64,000 nucleotides of DNA from the IMG/VR virus record IMGVR_UViG_3300042691_019786; one strand, 5' to 3'. The translations under genes and the position numbers were made by a program. Each line of letters begins with the position of its first letter. Position 1 is the first letter of the stretch. This document shows, in pieces, positions 50,109 through 58,781 of this stretch. Origin of the DNA: a virus. Under the pieces are notes generated by a model, which saw nothing but the letters and a program-made list of their open reading frames with translations, did not search any database and was not told where the DNA came from.

Positions 50109-50756
50109 TTACTTGCAATAATAACTTGAATCAATTCTGATAGTAACACCATATTTCCTAGATAACGCATCAAATCTAGCGTCTAACTTCTTGTCAAAAC
50201 CAAAACTTTCTTCCAACTCGCCCTTTTCATCAACAAAATAAACAATGTATGAATTATCATTCCATGATTTTCTAATAAACTCAACTTTTAACTCACCTTT
50301 AAAGTATTCATCAATAACTCTAGAAACATCTTCTTTGATTGCTTTAGCGTCAACGTTATATTTGTATTGAATACCCATATCATTCATTGATTCCGATACT
50401 AGTTTGTTGTATTTACCAAATCTACCATTAACCAATACTTCCATTGGTTGCCATTTAACAACATGTGGTTCGTTATGTTCTATATTACCAGAATAATCAG
50501 CTAGATATGTGAAACCCATGAACCCATCTTTATGGATAGCAAAAATAAGTCTTAGATTAGTGACATCTAATCCAGTTTCTTCTTTTGTTTCACGTATCGC
50601 TGTGGTTTTAGGGTCACCATTGTCTTCTGGGTCCATTTTTCCTCCAGGTAATCCGAAATCATTATGGTCATCTTTTCTAGAAACACCTAAAATGTAACCT
50701 TCTGGATTAATTAGCACAACTTGTGCTGAAACTTTAATATCCTTATCAATCTTCAT
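50109..50756 (-). CDS. Nudix hydrolase
   Basis: LPGG.....AIRETKEETGL. Confidence 0.88.
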   Translation of the reverse strand: MKIDKDIKVSAQVVLINPEGYILGVSRKDDHNDFGLPGGKMDPEDNGDPKTTAIRETKEETGLDVTNLRLIFAIHKDGFMGFTYLADYSGNIEHNEPHVVKWQPMEVLVNGRFGKYNKLVSESMNDMGIQYKYNVDAKAIKEDVSRVIDEYFKGELKVEFIRKSWNDNSYIVYFVDEKGELEESFGFDKKLDARFDALSRKYGVTIRIDSSYYCK

Positions 50757-50951
50757 ATTTTGTTATCTTTAAATTTTTGTCAATAAAAATATCATTTATG
50801 TTTAATATTTCTTTGACGTGAAATACTTCAGTTCTCATATCTGCCAATAAATTATCTTCTGGCACAAATTTTATTTTGTAAAGGGGTCCTTCTATCCATA
50901 GAATTTCTGAATATACAAAACCCCACCCTTTTAAATTTAATTTAACTTCGC

Positions 50952-51848
50952 TCATTGTTTTTTTATTTCAGTGACAATACCACTTATCATAAATGATTTA
51001 ATGTCTTGCCATTTTGTTATTTGATTGCTCATAACTGGTTTACCACCATCTGGGTTAATCGCAATAGTTATATGTGGAATTTCATTTTTTGATGGATAAC
51101 CGCTAACTCTTACAGCCATAGCTTTATCTGAAAGACCTAACGCTTCAACTGTCAATGTAACTTCTTTACCTAAATCAGTTTTATCTTTAAGTTCACCCAA
51201 ATTTATTGTCATATGATGTGTTATCACAGTCCAATCTTTTGGTATCCATATACCAAGTTTATCCAATAACGTACCTTTGGATTGTCCATCCAACAAAACA
51301 CAAGAATATAACACATCTGATTGTTTATACATATCTTTAGATTCAACTATTTTTTTAACAGTCAATGGCCCAACAGATTTATGTGAATCCATCATCATTT
51401 TTATTTTATCTAATGGAACTCCATGTGTATTTGACTCAGCTAATTGCTCAGCAGTCAAGTTACGAGTGCCAACATCATGTATTTGTATGTTGTTATCATC
51501 AAATCCCATTTCCAACGCTGCAACAACATATGCTTTAGCCTCATTGGCTTTGATATTCGTGTTATCTATTACAACTGGACTAATACCATCTTTCATAGAT
51601 TTGATTGCGTTAGATAAGTTCTTAGAGTGCATTCTAGACAAATCTTTAAAGTCTCCAGACTCTATCATTTTAGCAAAGAAACCTCTGTAGTCACCAGTAG
51701 CTTCAATTAAATCATCTGTTGAATGAATTATCCCTTCACCCATTAGTGATTTCGCCATTGTTGATTTTCCAGCCCCAGGAATACCACGCATCACAAACAA
51801 TTTTTGTGATGGTCTAGTTATTTCGATATTTAAAACATTTTTTTTCAT
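50952..51848 (-). CDS. P-loop polynucleotide kinase fused to a 2H cyclic phosphodiesterase
   Basis: GIPGAGKST, DNTN and HGVP motifs; HMTI and HITI. Confidence 0.82.
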   Translation of the reverse strand: MKKNVLNIEITRPSQKLFVMRGIPGAGKSTMAKSLMGEGIIHSTDDLIEATGDYRGFFAKMIESGDFKDLSRMHSKNLSNAIKSMKDGISPVVIDNTNIKANEAKAYVVAALEMGFDDNNIQIHDVGTRNLTAEQLAESNTHGVPLDKIKMMMDSHKSVGPLTVKKIVESKDMYKQSDVLYSCVLLDGQSKGTLLDKLGIWIPKDWTVITHHMTINLGELKDKTDLGKEVTLTVEALGLSDKAMAVRVSGYPSKNEIPHITIAINPDGGKPVMSNQITKWQDIKSFMISGIVTEIKKQ

Positions 51849-51904
51849 ATTGGCAAATGTACAGAATTAATTTTTATTAACCAAATTTATTGATAAATAT
51901 CTTA

Positions 51905-52840
51905 TTAATGTTGGTTATTTACTTTCATAACGCTACCATCACTATAACGGTAAATTATTAATCCATTATAATCAGCGTTAACTGTTTGCCCTAATATGTT
52001 AATTATATTGACTAGTTTTGCTTTATCACCTTTATCATTTCTATTATCTATTGATATTATATCACTAACGTCTTTTTTACCATCGTAATCAGTTTGTTTT
52101 AAACGATAGTATGTTATAAATGGTTGTAAATTATAATCATGATACTCATAATACAATTGATGTGTTGAATAGCCAGCACCTTCAATATTGTCAATAACAT
52201 GAAAATTATAACCATCATAACTTTTTTCAATCGTGAAATAATCATTATTTATTTCAGTCGCTGTTGACCAAAATAAAAGATTATAGTCGTTAACATTTTT
52301 ACCTTTAAAATATATCAATTCTATTGGTAATGGCGTTGGGTCCATTTCAACAATTTTAACGTCCTCAATATATAAAGTAGTCGAAAAGTAAGTTGAATTA
52401 ACCAATATTTGAAAATATACAGTTCCATCATAGTTTGATGAATAAACATCAGTCCATTGATACCAATTTGTCCAATTTGACGAACAATCTGGATTTGTTG
52501 ATGAATAACTTTGAATTAATGTTGTTTGATTGGCTGTTTCGTTGACGTTAACTGTTAAACTACAAACCCTTTTTGTCCAAAATGTTATAATATAATTTTT
52601 ATTTGATTGTACTGTAACTGGAAAATAAACATATTTTGGTGAACTAGCTGACCAACTAGTTAATCTTAACGCCCATGTGCCAGATAATGCATTACCAGAA
52701 CCATAGTTGTTTAACATCCACCCAGATGGTGTTGATGACCAACCAGAAGTTGTTGGTGGAGAAAAATCTTCATCAACCAAAGTTGTTTGTGATAATAACA
52801 ATGTTGGTAAAAATAGGATTAAAAATAGTATTGTTTTCAT
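51905..52840 (-). CDS. Secreted Bacteroidetes-type protein (CBM-like plus PLPIEL/Ig-like domain)
   Basis: Signal peptide; PLPIEL..F...W.TATE.NND.F.IE.S.DG...YYRLKQ.D.DG. Confidence 0.7.
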   Translation of the reverse strand: MKTILFLILFLPTLLLSQTTLVDEDFSPPTTSGWSSTPSGWMLNNYGSGNALSGTWALRLTSWSASSPKYVYFPVTVQSNKNYIITFWTKRVCSLTVNVNETANQTTLIQSYSSTNPDCSSNWTNWYQWTDVYSSNYDGTVYFQILVNSTYFSTTLYIEDVKIVEMDPTPLPIELIYFKGKNVNDYNLLFWSTATEINNDYFTIEKSYDGYNFHVIDNIEGAGYSTHQLYYEYHDYNLQPFITYYRLKQTDYDGKKDVSDIISIDNRNDKGDKAKLVNIINILGQTVNADYNGLIIYRYSDGSVMKVNNQH

Positions 52841-52896
52841 AGTTAAGTTTTACATTAATAAATATATAAAACTATACTAATAAAGATAACATTTTG

Positions 52897-52981
52897 CGGA
52901 GAGCAGAGGAATCGAACCTCATACCAAAAAGGTACGTCACGATTAGCAGTCGGACCCTATCGCCATCAAGGATTACTCTCC
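52897..52981 (-). tRNA. tRNA-Ser(GCT)
   Basis: Loop ctGCTaa; long variable arm; G73. Confidence 0.85.
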
Positions 52982-52987
52982 ATTTTG

Positions 52988-53060
52988 TACCCCCACAGAG
53001 ATTCGAACTCCGATACTGGCCTTAGAAGGGCCATGTCCTATCCAGTTGAACGATAGGGGC
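52988..53060 (-). tRNA. tRNA-Arg(TCT)
   Basis: tggcc-ctTCTaa-ggcca. Confidence 0.88.
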
Positions 53061-53069
53061 AGATTGTTG

Positions 53070-53142
53070 TACACCTACAGAGATTCGAACTCCGATTTAT
53101 CGCTTCGTAGGCGATTGTCCTATCCAGTTGAACGATAAGTGC
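53070..53142 (-). tRNA. tRNA-Arg(ACG)
   Basis: atcgc-ctACGaa-gcgat. Confidence 0.88.
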
Positions 53143-53148
53143 ATGTTG

Positions 53149-53218
53149 TACCGACTGTGAGGTTCGAACTCACTTAACCATCCATATGAGGGACGGTCCT
53201 TTTCCACTAAGTGTCGGC
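53149..53218 (-). tRNA. tRNA-CAT (Met/Ile2) with a shortened D arm
   Basis: cgtcc-ctCATat-ggatg. Confidence 0.7.
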
Positions 53219-53224
53219 ATTTTG

Positions 53225-53326
53225 CTCACCCACTAGGATTCGAACCTAGGACCTAACGGTTAACACTCCTTGTATGAACTTACTTATCATACCTAGCCGT
53301 TTGCTCTACCACTGAGCTATGGGTGA
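53225..53326 (-). tRNA. tRNA-Asn(GTT) with a 30-nt insert (53265-53294) in the anticodon loop
   Basis: aacgg-ct[insert]GTTaa-ccgtt; the rest is canonical. Confidence 0.8.
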
Positions 53327-53336
53327 ATATTTGTTG

Positions 53337-53410
53337 CTCTCCCTCTAGGATTCGAACCTAGGACCCACGCATTAACAGTGCGTTGCTCTAACCTACTGAG
53401 CTAAAGGAGA
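53337..53410 (-). tRNA. tRNA-Asn(GTT)
   Basis: acgca-ctGTTaa-tgcgt. Confidence 0.92.
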
Positions 53411-53420
53411 ATATATTTTG

Positions 53421-53497
53421 TACAGAAGGTGAGATTCGAACTCACATGTGACCAACTACCCTTTCTACAAGATATAAGCTTGAGGGGATACATCTGC
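53421..53497 (-). tRNA. Non-canonical tRNA-Ile(TAT) lacking a normal D arm
   Basis: Acceptor and T arm present; caag-ctTATat-cttg; D-loop-like TAGTTGGT lies 3' of the anticodon arm. Confidence 0.6.
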
Positions 53498-53503
53498 ATC
53501 TTG

Positions 53504-53575
53504 TTGTCTAACCCAGACTCGAACTGGAAATACTGCCGTATCAGAGCAGCGTGATAACCATTTCACCATTAGACA
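53504..53575 (-). tRNA. tRNA-Ile(GAT)
   Basis: ctgct-ctGATac-ggcag. Confidence 0.88.
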
Positions 53576-53586
53576 AAATTGTGGAA

Positions 53587-53775
53587 TTACTTCCACTGTG
53601 TTTTTCGGTAGTGTTTCCAAGTTTTATACATTCTAACTTGATAACTCATTTTGTTTCCATAGAAACGAATACCTTCATCCCAATAAATTGGGTAGAAATC
53701 ATTGATTAACATGATTCGGTATTGTCTACCATTTTGTGCTTTGTTCAGTTTTGCTCTGTTTACGTTTTTACTCAT
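53587..53775 (-). CDS. Small basic protein ending WKHYRKTQWK
   Basis: Start MSKNVN; preceded by a uORF and hairpin. Confidence 0.65.
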   Translation of the reverse strand: MSKNVNRAKLNKAQNGRQYRIMLINDFYPIYWDEGIRFYGNKMSYQVRMYKTWKHYRKTQWK

Positions 53776-53845
53776 AATGTTGTGAGTCTGTGAATAGCAG
53801 ACCTTACAACATATCAAATTCTTTTTTCATAAAATTAAATTTTAG

Positions 53846-53932
53846 CGGAGAGGGTGGGACTCGAACCCACACACCTCTAGGGCCTACCGCTTTCAAGGCG
53901 GTTGCAGTTAGGCCAACTCTGCTTACCTCTCC
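53846..53932 (-). tRNA. tRNA-Ser(TGA)
   Basis: accgc-ctTGAaa-gcggt; long variable arm. Confidence 0.9.
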
Positions 53933-53964
53933 GTATTTATAATTAACTAATATTCAGTTAATTG

Positions 53965-54035
53965 CACAAGTAGAGAGACTCGAACTCCCGTCAACGGTTT
54001 TGGAGACCGCTATTCTACCACTGAACTATACTTGT
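53965..54035 (-). tRNA. tRNA-Trp(CCA)
   Basis: gcggt-ctCCAaa-accgt. Confidence 0.9.
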
Positions 54036-54075
54036 GTATTAATTTACCAACATGTCAAAGAACTTACAGTTCAAG

Positions 54076-54148
54076 GGTGATTAACCAGAATCGAACTGGT
54101 ATCAATAGAATCACAATCTATCATGTTAACCGTTACACCATAACCACC
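54076..54148 (-). tRNA. tRNA-His(GTG)
   Basis: G-1:C73; ataga-ttGTGat-tctat. Confidence 0.9.
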
Positions 54149-54150
54149 AT

Positions 54151-54729
54151 TTATTTATTCTTACCAGCGTATGTTTCAGTTTGTGAATGACAATTAGGAC
54201 ATAAAAAACGTAAATTTTCTATTCTATTATCATTATTTATACCGTTAATATGGTCTATTTGTAATATTAGTTTACCACCCATCCATTCACCAGTATTACC
54301 ACAACTTACACATTTATACTCTAATAAATTACTTCTTAACACTCTATTCTTTAAATGACCAGAATTATATTGTGAATTTTCACAAAATATTTCAGAATCA
54401 CTATATTTTACCTTAGTAACGTTTCTTCTAGGGTTACCTTTATATAAATCATTATCTATTCCATATAAATCAAAATACCTTTTTAACGTTCTATAATTAC
54501 CAGCTTTTAGTGTTAAACCCATTTTTTCTAACACTTCAGCTTTAGAATTTGAAGATTCTATTAAAGGTTTTAATTCTTCAAAACTCCATTTATGATAATA
54601 TTTTTTAGGTTTAAGACCATATTTATCTGCCCAATATCTTATAGTCGTTAATGATTTATTAGTTTTTTTACTTATTTGTCTTAAAGATAAACCTTCTTTA
54701 AGAAGTTTTTCTAATTCTATTTTTTCCAT
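54151..54729 (-). mobile_element. HTH-HNH homing endonuclease
   Basis: C..CG...DHING...DNR.ENLR.LCPNCH. Confidence 0.9.
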
Positions 54730-54786
54730 ATTTATGTTTTTATATAAATATAGAATAATAGTTCAAAAAGTAAATATCACTTTAAA

Positions 54787-54821
54787 AATCTAGCACTCTA
54801 ACCAACTGAGCTAACGCCACC
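54787..54821 (-). pseudogene. 5' half of a tRNA-His-like gene, truncated at the anticodon loop
   Basis: GGTGGCGT-TA-GCTCAGTTGGTTAGAGT-G-CTAGA-TT, then the HNH promoter. Confidence 0.7.
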
Positions 54822-55001
54822 GTCTATTGTAACAAATATTATTATGTTACCGTTTTCTTTTTTAAATCTTAGGTCACCGTTGTAACCCATTTGTTTTGCT
54901 TTTTCTTTATACTCGTCAACTATTTCATCAAAGTTTTCGTTAAACTTTTTTACTTTTACTTTTCCGAGTGGTCTTACTAATTCTTCCATAGTTATAAGCA
55001 T

Positions 55002-55034
55002 AAAAAAAGCCTTGATTTGTGGTCAAGGCTTTTT
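55002..55034 (-). terminator. Attenuator terminator 4
   Basis: AAAAAGCCTTGA-ccacaaa-TCAAGGCTTTTTTT; GCCTTGACC also pairs with GGTCAAGGT in the leader. Confidence 0.85.
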
Positions 55035-55059
55035 GTTGATTACTTCATAAAATGTTTTA

Positions 55060-55155
55060 CTATTCTATGATGTTATTTAACATACCTTGACCGTTATGGA
55101 AACTATTGCGTCTCCAATTATTAATCGAAATCATATGTATGTTAATTGTTCTCAT
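55060..55155 (-). CDS. Leader peptide 4 MRTINIHMISINNWRRNSFHNGQGMLNNIIE
   Basis: Rich in R,I,N,H,M,S,W; downstream tRNAs are His, Trp, Ser, Ile, Ile, Asn, Asn, CAT, Arg, Arg, Ser. Confidence 0.88.
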   Translation of the reverse strand: MRTINIHMISINNWRRNSFHNGQGMLNNIIE

Positions 55156-55265
55156 TTTTATATTAAATATATCGTTTTTTCTAAAAAGTTTAAATTTATA
55201 CTACAAATGTACAAACTTTTTTTCTATTTGTCAAGTGTTTTTGTAATTATTTTTTTAATTTTTTC

Positions 55266-55748
55266 TTAATAACCTTGATTAAAGTCGTTTGGGTCAAAAT
55301 CTTGATATGCATTTTTATTTTGTTGAGCTCTAGATTCTTTTTCCCAATCTTCAGCGTTATTAGCGTTAACACCATCTTCATTAGATAATTCAAAATCATC
55401 TGTAAAATAATTTCCATCCATTTGCCCTCCAACTAATTCTAAATTACGAGGGTCTTTTAACCACTCTATTCTTAACATGTCTCTTGACGCTTCAATAACT
55501 TTTGCTTTAGCACCATATCTTACTGAATAATCATTATTCCATCTTGATTTTTTTGGGCTCCAAATGACGATATCCCCAACTTTAAATTTACTGATTTCAT
55601 TCTCATCAATACCCATAATAGGAACTTCATTCTCATCAATACGTTTGATTTTGTTAAACGTTTTTGCAAACGATTCTAGGATTGCTTTTTCTTTATCAGC
55701 AATGATTGCTTTTCTTTTAGTTTCAGTTAAAAATTCTTTCTTTTTCAT
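55266..55748 (-). CDS. Hypothetical late protein with an SH3-like segment
   Basis: FKVGDIV motif; TATTTAT upstream. Confidence 0.6.
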   Translation of the reverse strand: MKKKEFLTETKRKAIIADKEKAILESFAKTFNKIKRIDENEVPIMGIDENEISKFKVGDIVIWSPKKSRWNNDYSVRYGAKAKVIEASRDMLRIEWLKDPRNLELVGGQMDGNYFTDDFELSNEDGVNANNAEDWEKESRAQQNKNAYQDFDPNDFNQGY

Positions 55749-55782
55749 ATAATAAAGTTTAACTATAAATATATAGAAAACA

Positions 55783-56226
55783 TTAAAAAATCTGTGCTGT
55801 TATATAGATGTTATCAGTTTCAGTTATTAACTCTCTTCGCTTCAACCAATCTTGCAAATTATTCAACCCTTTGAATTGTTGCCCCCATATATAATCATAT
55901 CCTAATTCTTTGGACATGTCTTTTAACTTATTACCCCAACCATCACCTCTATGTTTTTCTTCTATGAATAATAAGATACCTTCAACGCCATGTAATCCTT
56001 TGAACTTATCTGTGTTTTTGAAATAATCGGTTATTTGATTTTCAGAAAACAAATAAGCACCTACAACTTTGTCATCGTCATCCAATAACATTAATGAGTT
56101 TTCAAAGTTTACTGTCCATGATATGTAATATTTAAAATATTCTTTATCCATTACATGTTCAAAATGAATACCCCAATCTAATATTGGGTCGATGTATTCA
56201 TCTGTAACTCCTTTAATTATTTTCAT
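55783..56226 (-). CDS. GNAT-family acetyltransferase
   Basis: I.EKHRGDGWG motif A. Confidence 0.7.
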   Translation of the reverse strand: MKIIKGVTDEYIDPILDWGIHFEHVMDKEYFKYYISWTVNFENSLMLLDDDDKVVGAYLFSENQITDYFKNTDKFKGLHGVEGILLFIEEKHRGDGWGNKLKDMSKELGYDYIWGQQFKGLNNLQDWLKRRELITETDNIYITAQIF

Positions 56227-56695
56227 TCATTAAAATTTCAAAAAATTGATACTGTCTAACTTCCCATATATAATCTAAATCAGATTGATTATATTTAATT
56301 TCACCTAACCATGGGTCTTTAATGTGAAAAAAGTTATCATCATAACCATTAACTATTATCCAATGTGGAATACCTTGCGTTATCGTTCTAATTATTGGTA
56401 AGTTTCCGTTATCAATAATTGTTTTTAATAAATCAAAAGGGTGTGGTGATGATATGTATTCAACATATTTTAAATTTAACATGTTTAAACCGTTTGCTAA
56501 TCTTTCTGGCGGTGTGCCTACAACCCAATCAGTACCACATAACTTTGCAATGTCTTCAATACTATATTTCATATCAATATCGAATTGAATCATATTGTCT
56601 TTGTTTACTGAATGATACCAAGCCATGTAAATACATGCTGGACCACATGTGTTACCGCTTGTCTGTTTAAAATATTTAACGTCAATAGTTTTCAT
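56213..56695 (-). CDS. C39-like cysteine peptidase
   Basis: Q....CGPAC, HW..V.GYD and DP motifs. Confidence 0.82.
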   Translation of the reverse strand: MKTIDVKYFKQTSGNTCGPACIYMAWYHSVNKDNMIQFDIDMKYSIEDIAKLCGTDWVVGTPPERLANGLNMLNLKYVEYISSPHPFDLLKTIIDNGNLPIIRTITQGIPHWIIVNGYDDNFFHIKDPWLGEIKYNQSDLDYIWEVRQYQFFEILMNENN

Positions 56696-57077
56696 CGTAC
56701 TCATCGTCATCGTAAAAATTAGTACCATACCCATCATAACCATCGTCATCAAATTCATCATCAGAATCTAAATCATCTTCTTCGTCAACGATTGTTTCTA
56801 AATAATCTAAATCAATGAAAAATCCAAACTTATTGTTAAAGACTTTTTTTAAAGATTTGGAATCGTCAAACGTTAGTTCTTTAAATTCTATTTTAGATAA
56901 TAAATCTTCACCATCTGAAAACTCTAATTCGTAATCACCAATTTTGTAAGTGAATGGCCATGTAATGCTGTAAGCTAATTCTTCATATTCATCAACTTCT
57001 TTATCTGTCATTACAGAAAAACCATTCACTTCTACATCACTAATGGTATCATTAAAAATCGCTATAAATTTTGCCAT
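56682..57077 (-). CDS. Hypothetical protein with an acidic tail
   Basis: ORF. Confidence 0.6.
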   Translation of the reverse strand: MAKFIAIFNDTISDVEVNGFSVMTDKEVDEYEELAYSITWPFTYKIGDYELEFSDGEDLLSKIEFKELTFDDSKSLKKVFNNKFGFFIDLDYLETIVDEEDDLDSDDEFDDDGYDGYGTNFYDDDEYDENY

Positions 57078-57112
57078 ATTAATTAATAAAAAATAAATAT
57101 AATATTATAATA

Positions 57113-58243
57113 TCAAAAAATAAATATATCTAGATAAAGTTTTTTAAAATTATCAGTTTCTAGTCTTTGTATTTCTTTACCTAATTCTGGTCCTTGTTTT
57201 AACCCCATCTTTGTCATTAGGTCTGAACCATTAACCGTTAATTTAAATAATAAAAATGTATCTATAATCTTTACATCAATACCACTTAATTGAGCAAATC
57301 TAGTTATTTGTTCTGCTGTTACACCAGATGTCTTTTCAGCTTTTTTAAGCGTTACAGCTGTATCAATCGACAAATTCAATAGACTAATCAAAAATGTAAT
57401 AGCTCTTATTTCATCAATTGAGTATTTTAATTTGTTCAATTGTTTTGTTAATAAATCAACTTTATTATTCTTTAACAACATTGCTAAAACAATAATTATA
57501 TCATTATCTTCAATGAAATTTTTATTAACATTAACATCTTTAAAAACCCAATCAAATAAATTGTATTTGTCAATCATTTTTAAAAACGATTTTACAGATT
57601 TTGCTGATTTGATACCTTTCAAAAACTCATCTCTGATTCTTTCACCAGATATACCTTCCAAACTAGCATCTTTTTGCAATGCAGCGTCAACTGATGGGTC
57701 TAATTCACTACCAAATCTACCAGCAAATCTAATTGCTCTTAATATACGTAATCTATCTTCACCAAATCTATCTTCAGCTGCACCTACAGTCCTTACAACA
57801 CTGTTTTTAAGGTCTTCTATACCATCAACCAAATCAACAACTTCTGACGTGTCTATATCGTAAAATAATGCGTTGATTGTTAAGTCACGTCTTTTAACGT
57901 CACCTACTATATCTGTAAAACTAACACCATCTGGTCTTCTACCGCTAGATAAGTCTTCCCTAAAAGTTGCGATTTCGTATTCACCCATATCAGTAAAGAC
58001 GTTGATAACACCAAATGCTTTACCAGTTGGTAAAGTTCTAAAACCACCTTTAGCCATTATGTCTTCCACTTGGTCTGGGATAGCATCGGTTGCCAAATCG
58101 TAATCTTTAGGTGTTTTACCTAACAACGCATCACGCACTGCACCACCTACAACATATAGGTTAAAACCATTTTGCTTAAAAACATCTTTTATTTGTAAAA
58201 TGTCTTTTGGTATTGGCATATCAAATATAATTCTCTTTTCCAT
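57113..58243 (-). CDS. cca: CCA-adding tRNA nucleotidyltransferase (class II)
   Basis: VGGAVRD...DYD, RRDLTINAL, EDRLRILRAIRF and ERI..E motifs. Confidence 0.92.
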   Translation of the reverse strand: MEKRIIFDMPIPKDILQIKDVFKQNGFNLYVVGGAVRDALLGKTPKDYDLATDAIPDQVEDIMAKGGFRTLPTGKAFGVINVFTDMGEYEIATFREDLSSGRRPDGVSFTDIVGDVKRRDLTINALFYDIDTSEVVDLVDGIEDLKNSVVRTVGAAEDRFGEDRLRILRAIRFAGRFGSELDPSVDAALQKDASLEGISGERIRDEFLKGIKSAKSVKSFLKMIDKYNLFDWVFKDVNVNKNFIEDNDIIIVLAMLLKNNKVDLLTKQLNKLKYSIDEIRAITFLISLLNLSIDTAVTLKKAEKTSGVTAEQITRFAQLSGIDVKIIDTFLLFKLTVNGSDLMTKMGLKQGPELGKEIQRLETDNFKKLYLDIFIF

Positions 58244-58324
58244 AGTACAAATGTAATAATAAAATTTTAATAAAACAAAAAAACCCAGACGTAAATCTGG
58301 GTTTTATATTTTTATTTTTTTTAA

Positions 58325-58741
58325 TTAAGCTATTTCAACTACTTCTAAATCGAAGATTAAGTCTTTACCAGCTAAAGGGTGATTAGCATCTAACACAACA
58401 GTTTCTTCTTTAACTTCAGCAACTGTTACAACCATTTGCCCTTTTGGCCCTTCTGAAACCAATTGTTGACCAACTTGAACACCTTCTGGAACAAATGTTC
58501 TTTCGATTTCTTGCGTCATTTCTGGTCTAATTGGACCATAAGCTTGTTCAGCTGGAATTGTGATAGTTTTTTTATCACCTACTTTCATTCCGTGTAATCC
58601 TTGTTCAAATCCAGGGATTAACATACCTTTACCTAATTCAGCAGATAGAGGTTCTCTGTCAGCAGAAGAATCAAAAACTGTGTTATCATCTAATCTACCA
58701 GTGTAATGTACTTTTACAGTACTGTTTTCTGTAATTACCAT
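58325..58741 (-). CDS. FKBP-type peptidyl-prolyl isomerase (SlyD/FkpB-like)
   Basis: VHYTG....FDSS, IPGFE and D.NHPLAGK.L.F motifs. Confidence 0.92.
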   Translation of the reverse strand: MVITENSTVKVHYTGRLDDNTVFDSSADREPLSAELGKGMLIPGFEQGLHGMKVGDKKTITIPAEQAYGPIRPEMTQEIERTFVPEGVQVGQQLVSEGPKGQMVVTVAEVKEETVVLDANHPLAGKDLIFDLEVVEIA

Positions 58742-58781
58742 ATTTTATGTTTAAATTTAAATTATTTTTACTAATATACTA

